Shown here piece after piece: positions 1 to 13,800 of a stretch of 64,000 nucleotides of DNA. Every line of letters begins with the position of its first letter. The stretch's first letter is position 1. Under the pieces are notes generated by a model. That model ran no database searches. It was given only the letters and a program-made list of their open reading frames with translations, and had not been told where the DNA came from. This DNA comes from Azolla caroliniana. Its lineage: Eukaryota > Plantae > Polypodiophyta. The stretch covers positions 54,670 to 118,669 of the forward strand of contig JBHGNT010000074.1 in assembly GCA_043228905.1 (NCBI GenBank), in the 5' to 3' direction. Made by a program: the position numbers and the translations under genes.

Positions 1-3000
1 TTAAAATGTTCATACCTGGCCCATGTGATATCGGATTTCTGTGTTCAAAGATGCGAATCGAAGGTAACAACGCTAGCTCTGAAAAGGACTTAAAAAATCA
101 AGATTTTGAAACTCAGATCGATAGACATGAAGAAATTACCAAATTAGAGAAGGGAGTTGAGAAAAGCGCGTCAGTATATTAAAATGTTCATACCTGGCCT
201 ATGTGATATCGGATTTTAGTGTTCAAAGATGCGAATCGAAGCTAACAACGCTATCTATGAATTTGAATTAAAAAATCAAGATTTTGAAAATCAAGATTTT
301 GAAAATCAAGTCGATAGACATGAAGAAATTCGCAAGTTAGAGGAGGGCGTTGAGAAGAGCCCGTGAGTAATTTAAAATGTTCATACCTGGCCCATGTGAT
401 ATCGGATTTTAGTGTTCAAAGATGCGAATCGAAGCTAACAACGCTAGCTCTGATATGGATTTAAAAAATCAAGATTTTGATCCTCAGATCGAGAGACATG
501 AAGAAATGCTCAAGTTAGAGGAGGGAGTTGAGAAGAGCCCGGGAGTAAATTAAAATGTTCATACCTGGCTCGGGTGATCCCGGATTTTTGCGTTCAAAGA
601 TGCGAATCGAAGCTAACGACACTAGCTATGATATGGAATTAAAAAATGTAGATTTTAAATCTCAAGTCGAGAGACATGAAGAAATTACCAAATTTGAGGA
701 GGGAGTTGAGAAGAGCGGGTCAGTATATTAAAATCTTCATACCTGGCCCATGTGATATCGGATTTTAGTGTTCAAAGATGCTAATGGAAGGTAACAACAC
801 TAGCTATGATATGGAATTAAAAAATCAAGATCTTGAAACTCATGTCGAGAGATATGAAGAAATGCTCAAGTTAGAGGAGGGAGTTGAGAAGAGCCCGTGA
901 GTAAATTAAAATGTTCATACCTGGCCCATGTGATATCGGATTTTTGTGTTCAAAGATGCGAATCGAAGCTAACCACACTAGCTATGATATGGAATTAAAA
1001 AATGTAGATTTTAAAACTCAAGTCGAGAGACATGAAGAAATGCAAAAGTTAGAGGAGGGAGTTGAGAAGAGCCCATGAGTAAATTAAAATGTTCGTACCT
1101 GGCCCATGTGATATCGGATTTTAGTGTTCAAACATACGAATCGAACCTAACAATGCTAGCTCTGATATGGAATTAAAAAATGTAGATTTTAAAACTCAAG
1201 TCGAGAGACATGAAGAAATTCAAAAGTTAGAGGAGGGAGTTGAGAAGAGCCCATGAGTAAATTAAAATGTTCATACCTGGCCCATGTGATATCGGATTTC
1301 AGTGTTCAAAGATGCGAATCGAAGGTAACAACGCTAGCTCTGAAAAGGACTTAAAAAATCAAGATTTTGAAACTCAGATCGATAGACATGAAGAAATTAC
1401 CAAATTAGAGAAGGGAGGTGAGTAGAGCGCGTCAGTATATTAAAATGTTCATACCTGGCCTATGTGATATCGGATTTTAGTGTTCAAAGATGTGAATCGA
1501 AGCTAACAACGCTATCTATGAATTTGAATTAAAAAATCAAGATTTTGAAAATCAAGTCGATAGACATGAAGAAATTCGCAAGTTAGAGCAGGGAGTTGAG
1601 AAGAGCCCGTGAGTAAATTAAAATGTTCATACCTGGCCCATGTGATATCGGATTTTAGTGTTCAAAGATGCGAATCGAAGGGAACAACGCTAGCTCTGAT
1701 ATGGAATTAAAAAATCAAGATTTTGAAACTCAGATCGACAAACATGAAGAAATTACCAAATTAGAGGAGGGAGTTGAGAAGAGCGCGTCAGTATATTAAA
1801 ATCTTCATACCTGGCCCATGTGATATCGGATTTTAGTGTTCAAAGATGCAAATTGAAGCAAACAACGCTATCTATGAATTTGAATTAAAAAATCAAGATT
1901 TTGAAACTCAAGTCGATATACCTGAAGAAATTACCAAATTTGAGGAGGGAGTTGAGAAGAGATCGTGAGTAAAGTAAAATGTTCATACCTGGCCCATGTG
2001 ATATCGGATTTTAGTGTTCAAAGATGCGAATCGAAGCTAACAACGTTAGCTCTGATATGGAATTAAAAAATGTAAATTTTAAAACTCAAGTTAGAGGAGG
2101 GAGTTAAGAAGAGCCGGTCAGTAAATTAAAATGTTCATACCTGGCTCGGGTGATACCGGATTTTTGTGTTCAACGATGCGAATCGAAGCTAACAACACTA
2201 GCTATTATATGGAATTAAAAAATCAAGATTTTGAAACTCAAGTTCAGAGACATGACGAAATTCGCAGGTTAGAGGAGGGAGTTGAGACGAGCCCATGAGT
2301 AAATTAAAATTTTCATACCTGGCCCATGTGATATCGGATTTTAGTGTTCAAAGATGCGAATCGAAGGTAACAACCCTAGCTCTGATATGAAATTAAAAAA
2401 TCAAGATTTTGAAACTCAGATCGACAGACATGAAGAAATTACCAAATTAGAGGAGGGAGTTGAGAATAGCGCGTCAGTATATTAAAATGTTCATACCTTG
2501 TCCATGTGATATCGGATTTTAGTGTTCAAACATGCGAATCGAAGCTAATAACGCTACCTATAATATGGAATTAAAAAATGAGGATTTTAAAACTCAGATC
2601 GACAGACATGAAGAAATTACCAAATTTGAGGAGGGAGTTGAGAAGAGCGCGTCAGTATATTAAAATCTTCATACCTGGTCCATGTGATATCGGATTTTAG
2701 TGTTCAAACATGCGAATCGAAGGTAACAACACTAGCTATGATATGGAATTAAAAAATCAAGATCTTGAAACTCATGTCGAGAGACATGAAGAAATGCTCA
2801 AGTTAGAGGAGGGAGTTGAGAAGAGCCCGTGAGTAAATTAAAATGTTCATACCTGGCCCATGTGATATCGGATTTTTGTGTTCAAAGATGCGAATCGAAG
2901 CTAACAACACTAGCTATGATATAAAATTAAAAAATCAAGATTTTGAAACTCAAGTCGAGAGACATGATGAAATTCGCAAGTTAGACGAGGGAGTTGAGAA

Positions 3001-4189
3001 GAGCCCGTGAGTAAATTAAAATGTTCATACCTGGCCCATGTGATATCGGAATTTAGTGTTCAAAGATGCGAATCGAAGGTAACAACGCTAGCTCTGATAT
3101 GGAATTAAAAAATCAAGATTTTGATACTCAGATCGAGAGACATGAAGAAATTAACAAATTTGAGGAGGGAGTTGAGAAGAGCGGGTCATTAAATTAAAAT
3201 GTTCATACCTGGCTCGGGTGATCCCGGATTTTTGCGTTCAAAGATGCGAATCGATGCTAACGACACTAGCTATGATATGGAATTAAAAAATCAAGATTTT
3301 GAAACTCAAGTCGAGAGACATGAAGAAATTCGCAAGTTAGAGGAGGGAGTTGAGAAGAGCCCGTGAGTAAATTAAAATGTTCATATCTGGCCCATGTGAT
3401 ATCGGATATTTGTGTTCAAAGATGTGAATCGAAGGTAACAACACTAGATATGATATGGAATTAAGAAATCAAGATTTGGATACTCAGGTCGACAGACATG
3501 AAGATATTACCAAATTTGAGGAGGGAGTTTAGAAGAGATCGTGAGTAAATTAAAATGTTCATACCTGGCCCATGTGATATCGGATTTTAGTGTTCAAAGA
3601 TGCGAATCGAAGGTAACAACCCTAGCTCTGATATGGAATTAAAAAATCAAGATTTTGAAACTCAAGTCGATAGACATGAAGAAATTCGCAAGTTAGAGGA
3701 GGGAGTTGAGAAGAGCCCATGAGTAATTTAAAATGTTCATACCTGGCCCATGTGATATCGGATTTTAGTGTTCAAACATGCGAATCGAAGCTAACAACTC
3801 TAGCTCTGATATGGAATTGAAAAATCATGATTTTGATACTCAGATCGAGAGACATGAAGAAATTGGCAAGTTAGAGTAGGGAGTTGAGAAGAGCCCGTGA
3901 GTAATTTAAAATATTCATACTTGGCCCATGTGATATCGGATTTTAGTGTTCAAACATGCGAATCGAAGGTAACAATGCTAGCTCTGATATGGAATTGGAA
4001 AATCAAGATTTTGATACTCAAATCGAGAGACATGAAGAAATTACCAAATTTGAGGAGGGAGTTGAGAAGAGCGGGTCAGTAAATTAAAATCTTCATACCT
4101 GGCCCATGTGATATCGGATTTTGAAACTTAGATCGACACACCTGAAGAAATTAACAACGGTACCTATGATTTTAAGTTGAAAAATTATA

Positions 4190-7100
4190 ATTTTGAAACT
4201 CAGGTCGAGAGACATGACGAAATTAGCAAATTTGAGGAGGTAGTGGAGAAGAGCGCGTGAGTAAATTAAAATGTTCATACCTGGCTCGTGTGAAATCGGA
4301 TTTTTGTGTTCAAACATGCGAATCGAAGCTAACAACGCTAGCTATGATATGTAAATAAAAAATCAAGATTTCGAAACTCAGGTCGAGAGATATGAACAAA
4401 ATTAGCAAACTTGAGGAGGGAGTTGAGAAGAGCCGTTGAGCAAATTAAAATGTTCATACCTGGCTCGTGTGATATCGGATTTCTGTGTTCAAACATGCCA
4501 AACGAAGCTAACAATGCTAGCTATGATATGGAATTAAAAAACCAAGATTTTGAAACTCAGGTCGAGAGACTTGACGAAATTAGCAAATTTGAGGAGAGAG
4601 TTGAGAACTGCCCTTGAGCAAATTAAAATGTTCATACCTGGCTCGTGTGATATCGGATTTCTGTGTTCAAACATGCAAAACGAAGGTAACAACGCTAGCC
4701 TTTATATGGAATTAAGAAACCAAGATTTTGAAACTCAGGTCGAGAGACATGACGAAATTAGCAAATTTGAGGAGGGAGTGGAGAAGAGTGCATGAGCAAA
4801 TTAAAATGTTCATACCTGGCTCGTGTGATATCGGAGTTCTGTGTTCAAACAAGCGAATCAAAGCTAACAACGCTAGCTATGATATGGAATTAAAAAACCA
4901 AGATTTTGAAACTCAGGTCGAGAGACATGAACAAAATTAGCAAACTTGAGGAGGGAGTTGAGAAGAGCCCTTGAGCAAATTAAAATGTTCATACCTGGCT
5001 TGTGTGATATCGGATTTTTGTGTTCAAACATGCGAATCGAAGATAACAACGCAAGGTATGATATGAAATTAAAAAACCAAGATTTTGAAACTCAGGTCGG
5101 GAGACATGACGAAATTAGCATATTTGAGGAGGTAGTGGAGAAGAGCGCGTAAGTAAATTAAAATGTTCATACCTGGCTCGTGTGATAACGGATTTTGGTG
5201 TTCAAACATGCGAATCGAAGTTAACAACGCTAGCTATGATATGGAAATAAAAAATGAAGACTCTTAAACTCAGGTCGAGAGACATACACAGAATTAGCAA
5301 ACTTGAGGAGGGAGTTTAGAAGAGCCCTTGAGAAAATTAAAATGTTCATACGTGGCTCGTGTGATATCGGATTTTTGTGTTCAAACATGCGAATCGAAGC
5401 TAACAACGCTAGCTATGATATGGAATTAAAAAACCAATATTTTGAAACTAAAGTCGAGAGACATGACGAAATTAGCATATTTGAGGAGGTAGTGGAGAAG
5501 AGCGCGTGAGTAAATTAAAATGTTCATACTTGGCTCGTGTGATATCGGATTTCTGTGTTCAAACAAGCGAATCGAAGCTAACAACGCTAGCTATGATATG
5601 GAATTAAAAAACCAAGATTTTGAAACTCAGGTTGAGAGACATGAACAAAATTAGCAAACTTGAGGAGGGAGTTGAGAAGAGCCCTTGAGAAAATTAAAAT
5701 GTTCATACCTGGCTGATGTGATATCAGATTTTTGTGTTCAAACTTGCGAATCAAAGCTAACAACGGTAGCTATGATATGGAATTAAAAAATAAAGATTTT
5801 GATACTTAGGTCGAGAGATATGAACAAAATTAGCAAACTTGAGGAGGGAGTTTAGAAGAGCCCTTCAGAAAATTAAAATATTCATACCTGGGTCGTGTGA
5901 TAACGGATTTCTGTATTCAAACATGCGAATCGAAGCTAACAACGCTAGCTATGATATGGAATTAAAAAACCGAGATTTTGAAACTCAGGTCGAGAGATAT
6001 GAAAAAATTAGCAAATTTTAGGAGGGAGTGGAGAAGAGCCCTTGATCAAATTAAAATGTTCATAGCTGGCTGGTGTGATATCTGATTTTTGTGTGCAAAC
6101 ATGCGAATCGAAGCTAACAACGCTAGCTATAATATGTAACGAAAAAATCAAGATTTCGAAGCTCAGGTCAATAGACATGAACAAAATTAGCAAACTTGAG
6201 GAGGGAGTTTAGAAGAGCCCTTGAGCAAATTAAAATGTTCATACCTGGCTCGTGTGATAACGGATTTCTGTGTTGAAACATGCGAATCGAAGCTAACAAC
6301 GCTAGCTATGATATGGAATTAAAAAACCAAGATTTTGAAACTCAGGTCGAGAGACATAAACAAAATTAGCAAACTTGAGGAGGGAGTTGAGAAGAGCCCT
6401 TGAGCAAATTAAAATGTTCATACCTGGCTCGTGTGATATCGGATTTCTGTGTTCAAACATGCGAATCGAAGCTAACAACGCTAGCTATGATATGGAATTA
6501 AAAAACCAAGATTTAGAAACTCAGGTCGAGAGATATGAAAAAATTAGCAAATTTTAGGAGGGAGTGGAGAAGAGCCATTGATCAAATTAAAATGTTCATA
6601 GCTGGCTGGTGTGATATCTGATTTTTGTGTTCAAACATACAAATCGAAGCTAACAACGCTAGCTATAATATGTAACTAAAAAATCAAGATTTCGAAACTC
6701 AGGTCGAGAGACATGAACAAAATTAGCAAACTTGAGGAGGGAGTTGAGATGAGTCCTTTAGCAAATTAAAATGTTCATACCTGGCTCGTGTGATATCGGA
6801 TTTCTGTGTTCAAACATGCGAAACGAAGCTAATAACGCTAATTATGATATGAAATTAAAAAACCGAGATTTTGAAACTCAGGTCGAGAGATATGAAAAAA
6901 TTAGCAAATTTTAGGAGGGAGTGGAGAAGAGCCCTTGATCAAATTAAAATGTTCATAGCTGGTTGGTGTGATATCGGATTTTTGTGTTCAAACATGCGAA
7001 TCGAAGCTAACAACGCTAGCTATGATATGTAACTAAAAAGTAAAGATTTCGAAGCTCAGGTCGAGAGACATGAACAAAATTAGCAAACTTGAGGAGGGAG

Positions 7101-8708
7101 TTGAGAAGAGTCCTTCAACAAATTAAAATGTTCATACCTGGCTCGTGTGATATCGGATTTCTGTGTTCAAACAAGCGAATCGAAGCTAACAACGCTAGCT
7201 ATGATATGGAATTAAAAAACCAAGATTTTGAAACTTAGGTCGAGAGACATGAATAAAACTAGCAAATTTGAGGAGGGAGGTGAGAAGGTCCCGTGAGTAA
7301 ATTAAAATGTTCATACCTGGCTACTGTATTATCGGATTTCAATGTTCAAACATTGGAATCGAAGCTAACAACGCTAGCTATGACATGGAATTAAAAAATC
7401 CAGATGTTGAAACTTAGGTCGAGAGACATGATGAAATTAGCAAATTTGAGGAGGGAGTTGAGAAGATCCTAAGAGTAAATTAAAATGTTCATATCTGGCT
7501 CGTGTGATATCGGACTTTTGTTTTCAAATATGCGTATCGAAGCTAACAACGCTATCTATGATATGGAATTGAAAAATTAAGATTTTGAAACTCAGGTAGA
7601 GAGACATGAAGAAATTAGCAAATTTGAGGAGGGACTTGAAAAGAGCCCGTGAGTAGATTAAAATGTTCATACCTGGCTCGTGTGATATCGGACTTTTGTG
7701 TTAAAACCTGCGAATCGAACCTAACAATGCTAGTTATCGAAGCTAACAACGCTAGCTATGACATGGAATTAAAAAATCGAGATGTTGTAACTCAGGTCGA
7801 GAGACATGAAGAAATTAGCAAATTTGAGGAGGGAGGTGAGAAGGGCCTATGTGTAAATTAAAATGTTCATACCTGGCTGCTGTGATATCGGATTTATATG
7901 TTCAAACATTGGAATCGAAGCTAACAACGCTAGCTATGACATGGAATTAAAAAATCGAGATTTTTAAACTCAGGTCGAGAGACATGAAGAGATTAGCAAA
8001 TTTGAGAAGGGAGTTGAGAACTGCTCGTGTGTAAATTAAAATGTTCATACCTGGCTCGTGTGATATCTGATTTATATGTTCAAACACTGGAATCGAAGCT
8101 AACAACGCTAGCTATGACATGAAATTAAAAAATCGAGATTTTGAAATTCAGGTCGAGAGACATGAAGAAATTAGCAAATTTAAGGAGGGAGGTGAGAAGG
8201 TCCCATGGGTAAATTAAAATGTTCATACCTGGCTGTTGTATTATCGGATTTCAATGTTCAAACATTGGAATCGAAGCTAACAACGCTAGCTATGACATGG
8301 AATTAAAAAATCGAGATGTTGAAACTCAGGTCGAGATACATGATGAAATTAGCAAATTTGAGGAGGGAGTTGAGAAGATCCTATGAGTAAATTAAAATGT
8401 TCATATCTGGCTCGTGTGATATCGGTCTTTTGTGTTCAAAGATGCGAATCGAAGCTAACAACACTAGCTATGGTATGGAATTAAAAAATGTAGATTTTAA
8501 AACTGAAGTCGAGAGACATGAAGAAATTAGCAAATTTGAGGAGGGACTTGAAAAGAGCCCGTGAGTAGATTAAAATGTTCATACCTGGCTCGTGTGATAT
8601 CGGATTTTTATGTTCAAACATGCGGATCGAAGCTAACAACGCTAGCTATGATATGGAATTAAAAAATAAAGATTTTGAAACTTAGATCTAAAGAAATGAA
8701 GAAATTCC
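4190..8708 (+). repeat. Divergent satellite subfamily block B, copy 1 (mixed 178/179-bp monomers)
   Basis: Diagnostic variants aattagcaaa, ctcaggtcgag, ggctcgtgtg, ccttgagcaaatt and a 179-bp monomer with gaacaaaattagcaaacttg; ORF-track spacings of 357 and 535-536 bp. Confidence 0.9.
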
Positions 8709-10809
8709 GAGAAGAGCCCGTCAGTACATTAAAATGTTCATACCTGGCCCATGTGATATCGGATTTTTGTGTTCAAAGATGCGAATCGAAGGCAACAACG
8801 CTAGCTCTGATATGGAATTAAAAAATCAAGATTTTGAAACTCAGATTGACAGACATGAAGAAATTACCAAAATAGAGGGGGGAGTTGAGAAGAGCGCGTC
8901 AGTATATTAAAATGTTCATACCTGGCCCATGTGATATCGGATTTGAGTGTTCAAACATGCGAATCGAAGCTAATAACGCTACCTATGACATGGATTTAAA
9001 AAATCAAGATTTTCAAACTCAGATCGACAGACATGAAGGAATTACCAAATTTGAGGAGGGAGTTGAGAAGAGCGCGTCCGTATATGAAAATGTTCCTACC
9101 TGGCTCGGATGATCTCGGATTTTTGTGTTGAAAGATGCGAATCGAAACTAACTACACTAGCTATGATATGGAGTTAAAAAATTAAGATTTTGAAACTCAA
9201 GTCGAGAGACATGAAGAAATTTGCAAGTTAGAGGAGGGAGTTGAGAAGAGCCCGTGAGTAAATTAAAATGTTCATACCTGGCCCATGTGATATCGGATTT
9301 TAGTGTTCAAAGATGCGAATCGAAGGTAACATCGCTAGCTATGATATCGAATTAAAAAATCAAGATTCTGAAACTCAGATCGACAGACATGAAGAAATTA
9401 CCAAATTAGAGGAGGGAGTTGAGAAGAGCGCGTCAGTATATTAAAATCTTCATACCTGGCCCATGTGATATCGGATTTTAGTGTTCAAAGATGCGAATCG
9501 AAGGTAACAACGCTAGCTATGATATGGACTTAAAAAATCAAGATCTTGAAAGTCATGTCCAGAGACATGAAGAAATGCTCAAGTTAGAGGAGGGAGTTGA
9601 GAAGAGCCCGTGAGTAAATTAAAATGTTCATACCTGGCCCATGTGATATCGGATTTTTGTGTTCAAAGATGCAAATCGAAGCTAACAACACTAGCTATGA
9701 TATGGAATTAAAAAATGTAGATTTTGAAAACTAAAGTCGAGAGACATGAAGAAATTCGCAAGTTAGAGGAGGGAGTTGAGAAGAGCCCATGAGTAAATTA
9801 AAATGTTCGTACCTGGCCCATGTGATATCGGATTTTAGTGTTCAAACATACGAATCGAAGCTAACAATGCTAGCTCTGATATGGAATTAAAACATGAGGA
9901 TTTTGAAACTCAGATCGACAGACATGAAGAAATTACCAAATTTGAGGAGGGAGTTGAGAAGAGCGGGTCAGTAAATTAAAATGTTCATACCTGGCTCGGG
10001 TGATCCCGGATTTTTGTGTTCAAAGATGCGAATCGAAGCTAACAACACTAGCTATGATATGGAATTAAAAAATCAAGATTTTGAAACTCAAGTCGAGAGA
10101 CATGAAGAAATTCGCAAGTTAGAGGAGGGAGTTGAGAAGAGCCCGTGAGTAAATTAAATTGTTCATACCTGGCCCATGTGATATCGGATTTTAGTGTTCA
10201 AAGATGCGAATCGAAGGTAACAACGCTAGCTCTGATATGGAATTAGAAAATCAAGATTTTGAAACTCAGATCGACAGACATGAAGAAATTACCAAATTAG
10301 AGGAGGGATTTGAGAAGAGAGCGTCAGTATATTAAAATCTTCATACCTGGCCCATGTGATATCGGATTTTAGTGTTCAAAGATGCGAATCGAAGGTAACA
10401 ACACTAGCTATGATATGGAATTAAAAAATCAAGATCTTGAAACTCATGTCGAGAGACATGAAGAAATGCTCAAGTTAGAGGAGGGAGTTGAGAAGAGCCC
10501 GTGAGTAAATTAAAATGTTCATACCTGGCCCATGTGATATCGGATTTTTGTGTTCAAAGATGTGAATCGAAGCTAACAACGCTAGCTCTGATATGGAATT
10601 AAAAACTCAAGATTTTGAAACTCAGATCGACAGACATGAAGAAATTACCAAATTAGACGAGGGAGTTGAGAAGAGCGCGTCAGTATATTAAAATCTTCAT
10701 ACCTGGCCCATGTGATATCGGATTTTAGTGTTCAAACATACGAATCGAAGCTAACAATGCTAGCTCTGATATGGAATTAAAAAATCAAGATTTTGAAACT
10801 CAGATCGAC

Positions 10810-13800
10810 AGACATGAAGAAATGCTCAAGTTAGAGGAGGGAGTTGAGAAGAGCCCATGAATAAATTAAAATGTTCGTACCTGGCCCATGTGATATCGGA
10901 TTTTAGTGTTCAAACATACGAATCGAAGCTAACAATGCTAGCTCTGATATGGAATTAAAAAATCAAGATTTTGAAACTCAGATCGACAGACATGAAGAAA
11001 TTACCAAATTTGAGGAGGGAGTTGGGAAGAGCGGGTCAATAAATTAAAATATTCATACCTGGCTCGGGTGATCCCGGATTTTAGTGTTCAAAGATGCGAA
11101 TCGAAGCTAACAACACTAGCTATGATATAAAATTAAAAAATCAAGATTTTGAAACTCAAGTCGAGAGACATGAAGAAATTCGCAAGTTATAGGAGGGAGT
11201 TGAGAAGAGCCCGTGAGTAATTTAAAATGTTCATACCTGGTCCATGTGATATCGGATTTTAGTCTTCAAACATGCGAATCGAAGCTAATAACGGTACCTA
11301 TAATATGGAATTAAAAAATGTGGATTTTAAAACTCAGATCGACAGACATGAAGAAATTACCAAATTTGAGGAGGGAGTTGAGAAGAGCGCGTCAGTATAT
11401 TAAAATATTCATACCTGGCTCGGGTGATCCCGGATTTTAGTGTTCAAAGATGCGAATCGAAGCTAAAAACACTAGCTATGATATGGAATTAAAAAATGTA
11501 GATTTTAAAACTCAAGTCGAGAGACATGAAGAAATTCGCAAGTTAGAGGAGGGAGTTGAGAAGAGCCCATGAGTAAATTAAAATGTTCATACCTGGTCCA
11601 TGTGATATCGGATTTCTATGTTCAAAGATGCGAATCGAAGGTAACAACGATAGCTCTGAAATGGACTTAAGAAATCAAAATTTTGAAACTCAGATCGATA
11701 GACATGAAGAAATTACCAAATTAGAGGAGGGAGTTGAGAAGAGCGCGTGAGTATATTAAAATGTTCATACCTGGCCTATGTGATATCGGATTTTCGTGTT
11801 CAAAGATGCGAATCGAAGCTAACAACGTTATCTATGAATTTGAATTAAAAAATCAATATTTTGAAAATCAAGTCGATAGACATGAAGAAATTCGCAAGTT
11901 AGAGGAGGGAGTTGAGAAGAGCCCGTGAGTAATTTAAAATGTTCATACCTGGCCCATGTGATATCGGATTTCTATGTTCAAAGATGCGAATCGAAGGTAA
12001 CAACGCTAGCTCTGATATGGAATTAAAAAATAAAGATTTTGAAACTCAGATCGATAGACATGAAGAAATTACCAAATTTGAGGAGGGAGTTGAGAAGAGC
12101 CCGTGAGTAATTTAAAATATTCATACCTGGCCCAGGTGATATCGGATTTTAGTGTTCAAAGATGTGAATCGAAGCTAACAACGCTAGCTCTGATATGGAA
12201 TTAAAAACTCAAGATTTTGAAACTCAGATCGACAGACATGAAGAAATTACCAAATTAGAGGAGGGAGTTGAGAAGAGCGCGTCAGTATATTAAAATCTTC
12301 ATACCTGGCCCATGTGATATCGGATTATAGTGTTCAAAGATGCGAATCGAAGGTAACAACACTAGCTATGATATGGAATTCAAAAATCAAGATCTTGAAA
12401 CTCATGTCGAGAGACATGAAGAAATGCTCAAGTTAGAGGAGGGAGTTGAGAAGAGCCCATGAATAAATTAAAATGTTCGTACCTGGCCCATGTGATATCG
12501 GATTTTAGTGTTCAAACATACGAATCGAAGCTAACAATGCTAGCTCTGATATGGAATTAAAAAATCAAGATTTTGAAACTCAGATCGACAGACATGAAGA
12601 AATTACCAAATTTGAGGAGGGAGTTGGGAAGAGCGGGTCAATAAATTAAAATATTCATACCTGGCTCGGGTGATCCCGGATTTTAGTGTTCAAAGATGCG
12701 AATCGAAGCTAACAACACTAGCTATGATATAAAATTAAAAAATCAAGATTTTGAAACTCAAGTCGAGAGACATGAAGAAATTCGCAAGTTAGAGGAGGGA
12801 GTTGAGAAGAGCCCGTGAGTAATTTAAAATGTTCATACCTGGTCCATGTGATATCGGATTTTAGTCTTCAAACATGCGAATCGAAGCTAATAACGGTACC
12901 TATAATATGGAATTAAAAAATGTGGATTTTAAAACTCAGATCGACAGACATGAAGAAATTACCAAATTTGAGGAGGGAGTTGAGAAGAGCGCGTCAGTAT
13001 ATTAAAATATTCATACCTGGCTCGGGTGATCCCGGATTTTAGTGTTCAAAGATGCGAATCGAAGCTAAAAACACTAGCTATGATATGGAATTAAAAAATG
13101 TAGATTTTAAAACTCAAGTCGAGAGACATGAAGAAATTCGCAAGTTAGAGGAGGGAGTTGAGAAGAGCCCATGAGTAAATTAAAATGTTCATACCTGGTC
13201 CATGTGATATCGGATTTCTATGTTCAAAGATGCGAATCGAAGGTAACAACGATAGCTCTGAAATGGACTTAAGAAATCAAAATTTTGAAACTCAGATCGA
13301 TAGACATGAAGAAATTACCAAATTAGAGGAGGGAGTTGAGAAGAGCGCGTGAGTATATTAAAATGTTCATACCTGGCCTATGTGATATCGGATTTTCGTG
13401 TTCAAAGATGCGAATCGAAGCTAACAACGTTATCTATGAATTTGAATTAAAAAATCAATATTTTGAAAATCAAGTCGATAGACATGAAGAAATTCGCAAG
13501 TTAGAGGAGGGAGTTGAGAAGAGCCCGTGAGTAATTTAAAATGTTCATACCTGGCCCATGTGATATCGGATTTCTATGTTCAAAGATGCGAATCGAAGGT
13601 AACAACGCTAGCTCTGATATGGATTTAAAAAATAAAGATTTTGAAACTCAGATCGATAGACATGAAGAAATTACCAAATTTGAGGAGGGAGTTGAGAAGA
13701 GCCCGTGAGTAATTTAAAATGTTCATACCTGGCCCAGGTGATATCGGATTTTAGTGTTCAAAGATGTGAATCGAAGCTAACAACGCTAGCTCTGATATGG

